Positions 11,685 through 24,034 of a DNA stretch of 64,000 nt are shown here, in pieces. Within the stretch, counting starts at the first letter, position 1. The number at the start of each line of letters is the position of its first letter. This stretch comes from Stramenopiles sp. TOSAG23-2. Lineage: Eukaryota. A program made the translations under genes and the position numbers. The DNA lies in NCBI GenBank assembly GCA_900128395.1, contig LT649239.1, positions 1 to 64,000 on the forward strand, given 5' to 3'. A model generated the notes under the pieces. The model was not told the origin of the DNA. It made no database searches and worked only from the letters and a program-made list of their open reading frames with translations.

Positions 11685-13076
11685 TTACAACCTGTTTACG
11701 CTATTCTTCTTCCCATTTACATAATTATCAATTGAATCATCCATTTCTTTCAGCCATGGGGTATGATGTACTGGTGCCATTGTACCAGTCATTAAAGATT
11801 TATGAGCATGATCACGAAAGGACATAATATCATGGTGTTTATTATGTTCCCATACTAAAAATGCTTGAATCATCCCTTCAATATCAAACTCTGGATAATC
11901 CGTCATTTCCATTAATCGTCGTGTATAATCTCCTTGAAAACGCATATTTGCTTCATCGGTTGGTTCAATTGCCTCTTCTGCTTTCCGCCATTTTGCCCAT
12001 TGCTTTTCCATATCTGCTTTATTTGGCAATTGAATACGTCCGAGGATGACATCGCGTGCATACCATGCTTGCGTATCAAACATATTAAATGTAAACCATT
12101 GATCTTGCATGCCAATATACATCATTTTTGGATTGTGGGGCCATACAATCCCTTCATGCAAATCATCACACCATAATCGATTTTTTGTTTGTAATCTTAA
12201 AGTTGGATGGATAAATGGAAAAGAATGTTGGTATCCAGTGCACAAGATTATAGCATCAATGTTTTCAACAACTGTGCCATCTTTAAATACACAAGTTTTA
12301 GTGCCGGGCAAAATTTTGCTAAGAAGTGGAACTGTTTTGAAATTATCTGGCCAATGAAATCCCATCGGTGCAGTCCGGTAAGAACATGTTACTGATTTGA
12401 CGCCATATTTATAACATTGAGAGGCAATATCTTCTGCACTATAACTTGTTCCAATAACAACAATATTTTTACCTTTAAACTCTTCCGCACTACGAAAATC
12501 ATGTGAATGCATAATTCGACCTGCAAATTGTTCAGCTCCATCAAAATACGGTACATTTGGCGTTGAAAAATGTCCAGTGCAACATATAACATAATCAAAT
12601 GTTTCGATACTTTGCTGTTTTGTTTTCGTATTATACGCAGTAACTGTAAACATACTCGTGGTGTCATCGTATGTACAATTTTGTACTGGCGTATTTAGTT
12701 GTACCCATTGTTTCACGTTTGCCTTATTGGCACGCCCTTGAATGTAATCATACAACACTTCTCTTGGTGGAAAAGATGGGATTGCTTTGCCAAAATGTTC
12801 TTCGAAATAATAATCAGCAAATTCTAAGCATTCCTTCGGTCCATTACTCCATAAATGCCTGTACATCGAGCCATGTACGCGCATACCATGCTCATCCAAG
12901 CCGGTTCGCCACGAATAGTTCCATAAACCACCCCAATCAGATTGCTTTTCATAACATACAACTTCTGGTATGATTGCCCCTTTTTCTTTTGCTGATTTAA
13001 ATGCACGCAATACTGCAGTCCCAGACGGCCCAGCTCCAATGACACAAATACGTTGTTTTCCAACTAATCCAGACAT
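11685..13076 (-). CDS. tmm: Bacterial-type flavin-containing monooxygenase (trimethylamine monooxygenase-like)
   Basis: GAGPSG, WGGLWNYSWRTGLDE, SMYRHLWSNGPKECLEFADY, FAGRIMHSHDFR, GTSYSAED, GMQDQWFTFNMFD, SLMTGTMAPVHHTPW are characteristic of Tmm/mFMO. Confidence 0.9.
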   Translation of the reverse strand: MSGLVGKQRICVIGAGPSGTAVLRAFKSAKEKGAIIPEVVCYEKQSDWGGLWNYSWRTGLDEHGMRVHGSMYRHLWSNGPKECLEFADYYFEEHFGKAIPSFPPREVLYDYIQGRANKANVKQWVQLNTPVQNCTYDDTTSMFTVTAYNTKTKQQSIETFDYVICCTGHFSTPNVPYFDGAEQFAGRIMHSHDFRSAEEFKGKNIVVIGTSYSAEDIASQCYKYGVKSVTCSYRTAPMGFHWPDNFKTVPLLSKILPGTKTCVFKDGTVVENIDAIILCTGYQHSFPFIHPTLRLQTKNRLWCDDLHEGIVWPHNPKMMYIGMQDQWFTFNMFDTQAWYARDVILGRIQLPNKADMEKQWAKWRKAEEAIEPTDEANMRFQGDYTRRLMEMTDYPEFDIEGMIQAFLVWEHNKHHDIMSFRDHAHKSLMTGTMAPVHHTPWLKEMDDSIDNYVNGKKNSVNRL

Positions 13077-13825
13077 ATTGCTAATATAGAATAGAATGAA
13101 TATATATGTTTGTTAATTAATAAATTTATTTTTGTTTAATAATCCGATGTATAATATCTAATCTTTTATGCATGTATTTATATAGTTACTATAATAAAAT
13201 ATATAAATGAATGATGGCTAAAAAGATACAGGTGCACAGGGCATCACGGGCCGCAAAAGTTCGCAAAAGGCCCGCCTGTTTGCTCTTACCCTTTTACCTT
13301 GCCTACCCTTCTCTTATATATAAGTATAAAAATACAATGTATTTTCTATTTTGTGTAGTGTTAAAAATTAGTATACAGAAAAACATGCCTAACAAACTGT
13401 ATCCACAATCTGGATTCTGGATTCTTAATGAGCAAGATTAAGATTGGAGTGTTTAAGGATAAGTTTTTTTTTAAAAATACTATGGAAATATCAGCACTAT
13501 ATTTTTACAGTAATGTTATTTATATGTTAAAATTTTTTGAAATCCCATTTTCAATTCAAAAAAAAACCAACTACTAATTCTACTAATAAAATAACAAATC
13601 AAAAATACATTTATAATTACATATTATTTACAGAAACACAATAAATGGAAGAATGACATATCCACCCCTACAATCAAATTAAAAGAATAATATATATTAA
13701 AACATATACATTACTGTGATAATCAATATCATTTGCCAGATTTATTTATACAAACCTATATAATAAATCTTACCAATACACATTATAATCAATATAAAAG
13801 AAACAGACACAAATATTATATAAGA

Positions 13826-16800
13826 ATGTCGTCCATAATACGTCCAAGGACAAAACCACGTAAAGTGAAAAAATATAATACGAAAGTAAAAAAAACAATA
13901 CATAAATTAGAACGTGAAGAACATGATAAGTTACAAGTACATATTGACTATTTGAAATTTGCTACGAAATATGCTGTTGAAAAATTTGAAGAATACGAAA
14001 GCGATTTAAATGGTGGTGATGATGAAATTGATGATATTAAAAACAAAAAGCCAAGTTATGTATTTTATAATGATACTAAAAAACGAAACCGTAGTAGCAA
14101 TAATAATAACAACAAAGCATTAACGGTTGATATTGACTCTTCTAATTTTGGTTTAGCAAGAGATGATAACAATGATAATTACAGCAACAACGATTTAAAT
14201 GATGAAAATGTTACACCATCAACAAGTAGTGTATTAAATGCACTTGATCATTTAAAAAGTTTTGTAGTTGGATCACCAAAATTACGAAATGCAATTGGTA
14301 CTACTACACCTTTGCTTCCATCGTTGGTTTCCTTTATTAGTACATTACAACGAACGGATCATGGAAATAAGCATAACTTATTGCTTGTTCGTGCGTTGGA
14401 AACGGTTGAAGTATTGTTACATGATAATTACAAATGTATTCAATATTTAGCTAATGAAGTCGATGCTTCCTTAGAATGCCTTGTACGTGTGTTAGGTAAT
14501 GTTCGTGAATTGACACGAAGTTGGGAAGGCATGCAGGTATTAGATCGTATTTCATTAGTACTTTTATACATAGTTACACTTGGTGATGAAGCACGTAGTT
14601 TGTTTTTTAAAGCAAAAGGTGGTGCAGCATTGTTACTTTCTGTTGATATATTATGCTCTGTTGCAAAACGGCAAATTCCAGAACCTATATATCGACGTGG
14701 TTTTGATGTAAGTGCAGATTCGTGGGTACAACTTGCTAAACGTGTATGTGGATTGATAGTAGAAGCAGGTGCATCTGAAAAAATTAGTAATAAAAGTAAT
14801 TTACGAGCATTGCACAAAGCAGGTGTTTTTGGTAGTTTATGTCGCTGGCAAAAAACATTGATGCGTCGTCCTGGTGGTAATGAGAAAAGTGGTAGCAGTA
14901 ATATTAATACCAATCGTGGGCCATCACCTTTCTTAACAACGCCATATGCAAAGGATTTGATATTAGCAATCAATGCACTATTAGCCGGTGAAAGAGATTA
15001 TCAACGTACATACCTAGATACTGGAATGGTACCATTATTAGTACATGAATTATTTCGTTCATGGGTGAATTCATGGTTAGGTGCAACTATTCCAGAACTT
15101 GATGAAGATGGCGAAGATGGTTATACCTATTTTGGTAGCCCAGAGGAAAGTAAACGTGTTCGTGGCATAGCGGCTGATGCATATAGTACCTATGCAAGTT
15201 TACAATTGTTACTAGCAGCATTGCAATATGATTTCACAGATGCAACAGATGAAGTAGAAAAAGAAATAGAGAAAGCGTCTGTATCTGATTTATTAGAAAC
15301 GTGTGTTATGTTAGCAATAGATGAAGTTGGAGGAAGCGTTGTAGAATCCTTTCAATACCAAGTAATACGTGAGGAACTTTATGGCAATGAGAATAATAGT
15401 CGCAATAGAAACAACGACGATAATACTTCTCAACAACAGGATGATAATATAGACTCAACTGCTACGGCATCGAAAGCTAAGCAAAAAATGATGAAAACTC
15501 TTGACGGTAATATTACTAATATGAATAATCAAATGAATAATATAAGTCTTATTACTGCAGGTGCAAGTAGCAATTCTGAAATTAACAGTAACATAAGTAG
15601 TAGTAGTAACAATAGTAATATATCACCAACAATAAATAATAATATATTATCAATAAAAATTTTATTGGCAAGTGGTGTAACAATAGAACCTCCAAGGCGT
15701 GCAGTTAGTAGCTGTGCGAGATGGTATTCGACTATCATGGATGAGTCCAGAGATTTACATTTATACCATTACGATGAGGAAGCATGTGTCTATTCTTTAA
15801 ATGCATTAGAGCAAGTATTACAAGAAGGTACGGAAGTGCAACATTTTTTCATAAATATACGCGGTGCGGTTGAATTATTAGTACAAAATGTCAATCAAAT
15901 AGCTGAGAGTGTTATGAGAGCAGCATGTGCAGCAACGCATTCTTTGCTCCTTGGAAATTCAATTACACAACAAGCGTTTTTAAAGCGTGGAGGACTACGT
16001 GCACTTTCAGATTGTTTACACGATTATGATATCAAAGTTCGTTTATTAGCATTGCAAAGCATAGCAATTTTGTGCTCAAAACAAGAACAATGCTTAGATG
16101 AAGTGCGTAAAACTGGTATTTTAGAACATGTCGTCTCGATTTTAAACGATTTTCCAGCAGACGACGTAAACGTTGAAGTAGCAATAGCTGCTGCAGATGT
16201 TTTAGCGCATTGTGTCAATGATAACGTAGCAAATCAAGCGTTGGTACAAAATAATAATGGCCTTGCAACTTTATTCAAAGTATTCCAGTGGTGTGTACGA
16301 TGGCGTAGCACGGAATATGAGGTTGGTATGCCTTTGTCACCAAAACGACAACGAAATGCATGGGGTATTGCATCGGTGCTTGAGAATGTATGTGCTGCTT
16401 TAAGTAATTTAGCATATAGAAACCAGAGCAATCAAGAAGAGATGTTGAAGAATGGCACATTAGCTTTGTGTGTATCCACCCTTTGCAACCGTGCTGGTAC
16501 GAGTTTTAATGGTTTCAAAGGAATTGATTCAGATGATGGAATTGACAAGTCAGCTAGTTTGCCTTGCCGGCCATTGGAATTAACTGTTGCAATTTTGAAT
16601 ATTGTCATTAACGGCGTAGATGCAAATCCAAGTAACCAAACGGCTGTTGGAATTGAAGATACAGTTGTTTTATTATCATTGTTCATGGGTCCGATTGATA
16701 CCGTTGATAATGGTGCAACAACTTTAGGCCTTCCATTGTTCGAAAAAGATGTCGGGATGTTGCAACACATGTCGTCGTCTAATTTAGTATGGCATTTGCA

Positions 16801-18445
16801 ACGTGTAGCAGCAATGAGTTGTTTGTTACTATCGCATTTAGCGTGGGATAATGCAGAGACGCAATCGCATTTAGGCAAAGAAGATAAAATATTGCAATTA
16901 GTAAATCTTGTAGATACTGGAAGTACGTTCCAAAATATTTTGAAACGAAATGAACCAATGTCATCCTCTCCCTCTGCTGCTGAAAATAGAAGTGGGCCAC
17001 CAAGTAACGGAACAAATAATAATCCTAATAGCAACAGCACTGAAAATAACAACACGCATAATAGCGTTTTAAGTGGTGTTGGGGATGGTATTTTTAGCGT
17101 AGATGAAGACTTAGCAGGAAAAGATGAAGTGCGTTTATATGCACTAATGGCATTAATTAATCTATCATATCACAACATTTTAGTTCAAAATTCAGTCAAT
17201 AGTTTACGTCTAGAAGATCAGCGAACGGCATTTGAAGTCATTTTACAAACAGTTAGCAGTGATTTATTTGATGTTCGAAAAGCAGCAGTATTTTGTTTAG
17301 ATAATTTAGTAACATCTCATCGTGAAAATTCAAAATTGCTTGCAAACGCTGGTGGGGTGCTGTCATTGGTTGCATTGTTAAACGATGATGAAGATGACGA
17401 AGTTAGTAAAAAAGCATTTCGTACGTTGACTAGTATGTCTGATATCGCCATGAGTGTCATTTTAAGCCATGTCGCTGCATTATCATACGGAATAGATGAT
17501 GTGAAAGGTATTGGTAGTGGTCTGAAACGCCAAGGATCTATGCCAGAAATGCCAAAAGCAGCTCTAGATGAGATTATTGCTGTTGCAAATCAAGAGCAAG
17601 CATATTATTTAAATCTTGATACTAGCGATGGCGCAGGTGTTAAAACATCGGAGTGGGAAGATGGTCTCACAGTTGGGGATTCAACTGAGACCACCAACAA
17701 CAACAATGATAACAATAATGCATATAATGAAAATGATGGCGGGGAGCGATCAAATTTGCCAGTAACAACTACTGAAATTGTGTGGGGAATGCTTGGAAAA
17801 TTATTGCCTGTCATTAATGGTATTGTTTATAATGATGGTAATGCACGCAATTTTCTATGGAAAACTGGCTCCGGCATACCAATTTTATTGCATATTATGA
17901 CCCGTGTTTTACCATTAGATTTACGTGTTGTTGCTAGCTATATCGTTTCAAATGTAACACAAAACACTGAGCCTGAGTTACAAGCGCTTGCGTTGGAGAT
18001 GGGTGCGTTGGGTGTATTTAATGCATTTTTGAAAGAAATTGATCAAAACAATGATAGCGATGGAGAAGAATCTGCAAATAAAACGAATGATAGTTTTGGT
18101 ATTATTTTCACTGCATTGCAAAATTTATTGAAAAATAATATAGATAATACCCAACAATTAGCAAAGCCAGAATTCGAGAGCTTGTTAGTATTAATTATAA
18201 AGTGCTGTCGACAAAACTTGAATACAGAATTACGTAATGATGCGGCAATTGTTTTATTGACTATATCAGAATTGGCAATTGATGAAAACGGGGCATTGCA
18301 AAAACGATTAGTAGAAGAGGATGTTGATGCTGCATTAGCACTTCAAACGTTGTCTGAAAGCTTTGATAGCTCATTAACACATCAAATTAAACAAAGAGCG
18401 GAGAAATGTTACAGAGCGTTAACTAATAGAGATTCAAAGAAATGA
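13826..18445 (+). CDS. Large armadillo-repeat protein
   Basis: About 1540-aa ORF; repeated GG...L..LL and AL.NLA..N..NQ ARM motifs; Asn-rich linkers; first ATG at 13826. Confidence 0.85.
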   Translation: MSSIIRPRTKPRKVKKYNTKVKKTIHKLEREEHDKLQVHIDYLKFATKYAVEKFEEYESDLNGGDDEIDDIKNKKPSYVFYNDTKKRNRSSNNNNNKALTVDIDSSNFGLARDDNNDNYSNNDLNDENVTPSTSSVLNALDHLKSFVVGSPKLRNAIGTTTPLLPSLVSFISTLQRTDHGNKHNLLLVRALETVEVLLHDNYKCIQYLANEVDASLECLVRVLGNVRELTRSWEGMQVLDRISLVLLYIVTLGDEARSLFFKAKGGAALLLSVDILCSVAKRQIPEPIYRRGFDVSADSWVQLAKRVCGLIVEAGASEKISNKSNLRALHKAGVFGSLCRWQKTLMRRPGGNEKSGSSNINTNRGPSPFLTTPYAKDLILAINALLAGERDYQRTYLDTGMVPLLVHELFRSWVNSWLGATIPELDEDGEDGYTYFGSPEESKRVRGIAADAYSTYASLQLLLAALQYDFTDATDEVEKEIEKASVSDLLETCVMLAIDEVGGSVVESFQYQVIREELYGNENNSRNRNNDDNTSQQQDDNIDSTATASKAKQKMMKTLDGNITNMNNQMNNISLITAGASSNSEINSNISSSSNNSNISPTINNNILSIKILLASGVTIEPPRRAVSSCARWYSTIMDESRDLHLYHYDEEACVYSLNALEQVLQEGTEVQHFFINIRGAVELLVQNVNQIAESVMRAACAATHSLLLGNSITQQAFLKRGGLRALSDCLHDYDIKVRLLALQSIAILCSKQEQCLDEVRKTGILEHVVSILNDFPADDVNVEVAIAAADVLAHCVNDNVANQALVQNNNGLATLFKVFQWCVRWRSTEYEVGMPLSPKRQRNAWGIASVLENVCAALSNLAYRNQSNQEEMLKNGTLALCVSTLCNRAGTSFNGFKGIDSDDGIDKSASLPCRPLELTVAILNIVINGVDANPSNQTAVGIEDTVVLLSLFMGPIDTVDNGATTLGLPLFEKDVGMLQHMSSSNLVWHLQRVAAMSCLLLSHLAWDNAETQSHLGKEDKILQLVNLVDTGSTFQNILKRNEPMSSSPSAAENRSGPPSNGTNNNPNSNSTENNNTHNSVLSGVGDGIFSVDEDLAGKDEVRLYALMALINLSYHNILVQNSVNSLRLEDQRTAFEVILQTVSSDLFDVRKAAVFCLDNLVTSHRENSKLLANAGGVLSLVALLNDDEDDEVSKKAFRTLTSMSDIAMSVILSHVAALSYGIDDVKGIGSGLKRQGSMPEMPKAALDEIIAVANQEQAYYLNLDTSDGAGVKTSEWEDGLTVGDSTETTNNNNDNNNAYNENDGGERSNLPVTTTEIVWGMLGKLLPVINGIVYNDGNARNFLWKTGSGIPILLHIMTRVLPLDLRVVASYIVSNVTQNTEPELQALALEMGALGVFNAFLKEIDQNNDSDGEESANKTNDSFGIIFTALQNLLKNNIDNTQQLAKPEFESLLVLIIKCCRQNLNTELRNDAAIVLLTISELAIDENGALQKRLVEEDVDAALALQTLSESFDSSLTHQIKQRAEKCYRALTNRDSKK

Positions 18446-18618
18446 AAAAAGACGCACAGAATCACCTCTACTTTTTTATATTTTTGTATTATTATATATA
18501 TATAAATTATTTTTTAAAATTATTATAGAATTCAATCTGGCAATATGATTATCCATTATATTTTTGGTCATCAGTATCATATACATATATTTTTATTTTT
18601 TTGACGGGGGTGTTCGTA

Positions 18619-19410
18619 TTACGTTTTACCATCATAATACGTACCATCTTCAAGATGTTTATATGCTTTTCCACCGTGCTGCTTCAGTAGTTTAATAATA
18701 TCCTCTTTAGCATTATTGTTAAAGTTGTTATAAGCAACATCTAACGGACTCCATCCAGCAACACTTCGTTCATTAATAATGCCTAGCGTAGTGGATTCAT
18801 TCAGCAAAAATTGCATAATATCCATCGTAGAATTAAACTGTGCAGCATAGTGCAGTGCCGTCCAGCCATTTTTAGCCATCTTACGCTCAATGTTAACATT
18901 ATTTTTAACAAGTAATTCCACAATATCTAATTTTTCTCTTCGTACTGAGCTGATTAAAGCTGTACTTTCTTTTCCATAACTGTTCCTCCCAACTTCGCTT
19001 ATAAACTCTTTCAAATTATTGCATCTCATATAATTTTGACTCAAATTGTAAGTTTTCAAAAAAAAATGTGCATCTTTGATTTCCCCATTTTCACACGCAG
19101 CGATGAAAGGCGTAACGTGTAGATCAATATTGAATATTGAAAAATGTCTTTTTACCTTTAAATATTTTGCATTCAATTTAATTAACTGTTGATATTTATT
19201 CAATATTTTATTACAAACAGCTTGAAATACATTATCGGTATATAATATTGTTAATTGCTTAAGAAATGAAGATTGAATGAATTTCGTAAGTGAATGCACA
19301 TCTAAATAATAAATGATAGTAGAAATAGTGCCACATGCAGATTCAACATCACCTAAAAGTTTGAACGTTCCAACAACATGTATATTTGGACTATCATTAT
19401 TGTTCATCAT
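18619..19410 (-). CDS. Ankyrin repeat protein
   Basis: TPFIAACENG, TALISSVR, GWTALHYAA, GWSPLDVA..IIKLLKQHGG. Confidence 0.9.
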   Translation of the reverse strand: MMNNNDSPNIHVVGTFKLLGDVESACGTISTIIYYLDVHSLTKFIQSSFLKQLTILYTDNVFQAVCNKILNKYQQLIKLNAKYLKVKRHFSIFNIDLHVTPFIAACENGEIKDAHFFLKTYNLSQNYMRCNNLKEFISEVGRNSYGKESTALISSVRREKLDIVELLVKNNVNIERKMAKNGWTALHYAAQFNSTMDIMQFLLNESTTLGIINERSVAGWSPLDVAYNNFNNNAKEDIIKLLKQHGGKAYKHLEDGTYYDGKT

Positions 19411-19989
19411 CTTTTGTTATTATTATTATTATTATTATTGCATTTACTAGTTGTTTTTACACGGTACGCAGTATAAAAAACATTTGTGAACCAATTGTAT
19501 CTTTCGTCGAGTAGCGATGTATGTGGGTATAATATATTTTTTTCCATGTGCTTGTGCAACGTGCTTGTCATCACCACTTTTTTTCATCTTTTTTTTTTTT
19601 TATAAATACTGCTGTCTTGCCTGGCTTGAGACGGAATAAAATGCGGACATTTTTAATAAAAACACTGTAAATGGAGAGTCAGAAATGGAAAAAAAGGAGC
19701 TTTTATCTAATAAATATATAACTTTTCGAAGAACCACACCAGATCGAGAGGACGACCACACACACTATATTTATTATATATACTATTTAGAAAACCAGAA
19801 AACATATACGATAGAAAGAAAAAGGACTATAATATATTGATACATATTTCATGTGGAAAAAGCACAACGTATTATAGATAAACTGTATTACAATATAATT
19901 CTACCAAAAATATAAAAATAATAGAAAAGTTGTATAGAATTGAATATACCAAAAGATATATATAAAGAGCTAAAATAATAATAATAATC

Positions 19990-20406
19990 ATGCAAATATT
20001 TCTAAAAACAATCCATGGAAATACAATAACTTTACAAATTGATTCAACAACAAAAAATACGATAAAACATGTGAAAGAAATAATTCAAGAAAAGGAAGGT
20101 ATACCACCAGCAGAACAACGTTTGTTATATATTGGAAAACAATTGGAAGACAATAGGACACTAGATACTTATGACATACAATCAGAAGCTACGTTACAAC
20201 TGGCACTACGTCTTTGTGGTGGTAAAGGTGGATTTGGCTCATTATTGAAACAACAAGGTCGTAAAGCTGGTAAGAAAAAAATAACAGATTTTGGTGCATG
20301 CCGAGATTTAAATGGTAGACGTTTACGCCATGTAAACGATGAGATACGTTTAAAAAAATTTCATCAATTTCATAACCAAGCACGCCAAGAAATCGATAAG
20401 AATGGC

Positions 20407-20443
<37 letters not shown>

Positions 20444-21549
20444 AAACCAGCAGCAGTGGTAATAATAAAAGATTGGAAAAACAAATTAGAAAAAAAGCAT
20501 TGAAAGATTTTGAACAATTTGAAAAAGATGCATCGTCTGGAATTGGTGGATGGCATACTGCTGTACCTAAATGGGGTGAACATTTTGGTAATAGTTTTCG
20601 TGCTTCCGATTTAAATAAAAATAAAAAGAAGAAAACGAGTAATGATAACAATAATGATGATGATAATAATAATAATAAGATAAATAATAAAAAAAGAAAT
20701 GCACGTATGGCAGCAATTGAATCATATGCATCCGAAGCCAATGGTGAAGGTGATGCAATAACTAATGCTGTTATGGCTGGTTTATTAAAACGTCGTAAAA
20801 AGAAAAAAATGAAACGTTTGAAAGAAAAACAACAGGAACGACAAGAAAAAAATACATCAACAAGTACAACTACAACAGTGTCAAATGCTGATAATGTAGT
20901 AGAAAATAGTAATAACATTTTAATTTTAACATGTTTACGTGGTAAAGTTGGCTTGGGAGATACAGGTGAAGTTCAAGGTTTAAGCAATTACGGTAGTGCA
21001 GGTGTAGCATGGGTAACATTATCAAAAGGTCAATGGTATTATGAAGTTGAATTATTATCAGATGGTATTATGCAAATTGGTTGGTGCGATACATTATTCA
21101 TAGGAGATGATAATGAAGGTGATGGTGTTGGCGATGATTTACATTCATGGGGATACGATGGTAAACGACAACAATTTTGGCATGGTAAATCCTATCCTTT
21201 TAAAAGTGATGAAGAAAAATCCTCGTCATGGAAAATTGGTGATGTAATAGGTTGTTATGTTGATTTAGATGAACATATTATGTCATTTTATTTAAATGGT
21301 ATTGAAATTGCTGAAGTTCCAGATATGAAAAAACATGATAACAATGGTGGTAATAGTAGTAGTAATAATAATAATACTAAATTTCAATACCAGGATGGTT
21401 TGTATCCAGCATTATCATTAGAGGAAGGTAATATGGTACGTGTCAATGTTGGACAACGTAAATTTAAATACGATATGAAAAATTTAAAAAGTAAATTTCA
21501 CAATATAAAAAATAACATGGTGAAAAGTGTATGGGAAAGTCGGAGTTAA
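19990..21549 (+). CDS. SDE2: SDE2-like protein: ubiquitin-like domain, GG^KGG cleavage site, SDE2 motif and C-terminal SPRY domain
   Basis: [72 protein letters not shown]. Confidence 0.85.
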
Positions 21550-21873
21550 AAAATCCATATATACATACATGGAAGAGTGTGTGTGTTTGATTTGCGAGGA
21601 GAGAGAAGAGAAAAAAAATATTCAAAAGAGGTTATTTTACGTGGGTGTGAATACGCTTTAAAATATTACGAAAGTTAAAGTATATAATAAAAATTTTTAC
21701 AAAAAACAATTTTTTATATTTAAAAATAATGATTTATATAAATATGATATGATAAATATATGATGATTAGAATACTTTCGTAAAAAAATAAATTAAAAAA
21801 ACACTAAGGATACACGACATTGCTAAAATAAAAAACACTCTATATATACGAATCTCTCTTTTTACTTTTATTT

Positions 21874-23757
21874 TTACATTCCCTCAAATTGTAAATCTTC
21901 CCATTGTAATTCATCATCATCACCAGCACCAATGGTACGTTTTTTACCAGCACCACTACCACCATCTTCATTCGTACGATCCAATGTATCGCTTGCCAAT
22001 CCTTCACGATGTGCCAATTTATCTAAATCTTGTACAATTTTTGGCAATTTAGGAATACCAACAGCAACAGGTTCTGCGCTAATATAAGTATTTTTCTTAT
22101 TTTTTCCATTCTTTTTATTTTTTGTATTCTTATTACTATTACTTGGTAAAGCAGGTCCAATAATTGGTGCACCACCATTATTCTTATTACTATTATTATT
22201 ATTATTATCATCAGAAGTTGTTGTTGTCGTTGTGGTAGTGGTGCTTGCACTACTACTGCTACCTACATTACCTTCTAATGTAACTTCAGTCATTTGATCA
22301 TCTTCAGGCGGTGGTTTAAACCATGGTAAACGTCCACGTTGCCAATCATTAATAACTTGCCTAGCAACTACACTAATAGCTGCTTCTCCCCCTTTCAACA
22401 AACGGCCAGTTTTAACAGCTATTTGTTTTAAAAAATCTTCACTATCTGTCCAGCCATGGATACCATATGTACGTACAATATATTCACGCTTTACTTGTGC
22501 TAAAATTGGAGGCACGTAATTTTCAGGATATGGCAATCGTTCACTGCGTGTTACGCCACGTAATACCAATGTTGCTTCCTCTTCATCAGTTGGTGGAACC
22601 ACACCAGGACAGTCAATTAAAAACACACGTTTCATCAACGTAATATATTGCCATATTTTTGTTTCCCCAGGAACGGGTGCAGCTTTGCATACTTTTTTTT
22701 TCTTTAATGTATTGATTACACTACTTTTACCAACATTTGGATATCCAATAAATCCAACACTAATTTGTTTTTTATCTTGATGTAATTGTGAAAATTGTCT
22801 TAATAAATTAATTAATGCACCTTTACCAAATGGATTGTTAATCGATGCATGGAATGCCAACGTTGGATATTCTTTTGATAATATTGTTACCCAACGCCTT
22901 GTTACCCATATTGGCACTAAGTCGCATTTATTCAATACAAATACTAAATGTTTATGGCGTGCATTTTTTTTTAAATGACTTTCAACATTTTTACTTCTTG
23001 TACCCATTGGATTTCTTGCATCTAATACTTGTATCACAATATCAGAACAATCCAATACTTTGTATAATTCACCCCAAATACGCCTGGATTGACCTTTTTC
23101 AAATACACTATTACGAACTAAGATACGCGTGCCATCTTCTGGTACGACTTCATCTCTATCTACTACTTTTGTTTCATCGTATATTTTTGCTTTTTTATTT
23201 GCTTTGTTCACTAAATCTTCCAACCCAGATGCTTCACATTTTGGCCTTTTACGTTGGGATTTAGGGCCAAATACACTTTCAAATGATTCCGTGGATAATA
23301 AGTTCATTTGTGCTGTTTTCTTTGTATCCGATAACAATCCCATCGGCAATTTACGAGTTCGCAATACAACTGTATATGGATCGTTCACTTTTGCACCCAT
23401 TTCTTCACGAAATTTATCTAGTTGTTTTGGATTAATAATACGTGTATTACCAAACCATCTACGATTTGGTGCTGTTCTTGCTACTGCACTGCCCATATTT
23501 TTCACAATTCTTCCACCGGTGGAATTTTTGTCGTTGTATGCACCACCATGTACAATTTGACCTTTTTTATTACGTATAGCATGTCCACCACGATACATAT
23601 TTAATCGATTAATGGATGATTTGGTACGCATAGTAGTACCTTTAATTCGCCCTACCCCTGGCGTAGATTTTCTTGGTACTTTCCGATCTGGATTCGTCGA
23701 TGCATTGTTTCGTTTAAATGCAGATCCTTTTTTCTTTGGTTTACCTGGACGTTGCAT
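21874..23757 (-). CDS. NOG2: Nucleolar GTP-binding protein 2 (circularly permuted GTPase)
   Basis: NGP1NT region [58 protein letters not shown]. Confidence 0.96.
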   Translation of the reverse strand: MQRPGKPKKKGSAFKRNNASTNPDRKVPRKSTPGVGRIKGTTMRTKSSINRLNMYRGGHAIRNKKGQIVHGGAYNDKNSTGGRIVKNMGSAVARTAPNRRWFGNTRIINPKQLDKFREEMGAKVNDPYTVVLRTRKLPMGLLSDTKKTAQMNLLSTESFESVFGPKSQRKRPKCEASGLEDLVNKANKKAKIYDETKVVDRDEVVPEDGTRILVRNSVFEKGQSRRIWGELYKVLDCSDIVIQVLDARNPMGTRSKNVESHLKKNARHKHLVFVLNKCDLVPIWVTRRWVTILSKEYPTLAFHASINNPFGKGALINLLRQFSQLHQDKKQISVGFIGYPNVGKSSVINTLKKKKVCKAAPVPGETKIWQYITLMKRVFLIDCPGVVPPTDEEEATLVLRGVTRSERLPYPENYVPPILAQVKREYIVRTYGIHGWTDSEDFLKQIAVKTGRLLKGGEAAISVVARQVINDWQRGRLPWFKPPPEDDQMTEVTLEGNVGSSSSASTTTTTTTTTSDDNNNNNSNKNNGGAPIIGPALPSNSNKNTKNKKNGKNKKNTYISAEPVAVGIPKLPKIVQDLDKLAHREGLASDTLDRTNEDGGSGAGKKRTIGAGDDDELQWEDLQFEGM

Positions 23758-24034
23758 GTTTCTTGTTGATTTTTTTTTTTTCTCGTTTAATATAATATAT
23801 ATTATATATTTATGTTCTTCTTATCTTTGAACACTCTTCCTTTCTTTTTTATTTTTTAATTTCCCATATATATGTCATATACGTCCTCTCTTCCAACTTG
23901 TTTTTATTATATATATCATATACATATATATGTTAAAATCAATGGTGATGAACACTTGAGGACGATCCTAAGCGATCAGGTGCTATTCCCTACTAAATCA
24001 TGTAAGACATGCTGTGTCTGTGCTATTGTAGGTC

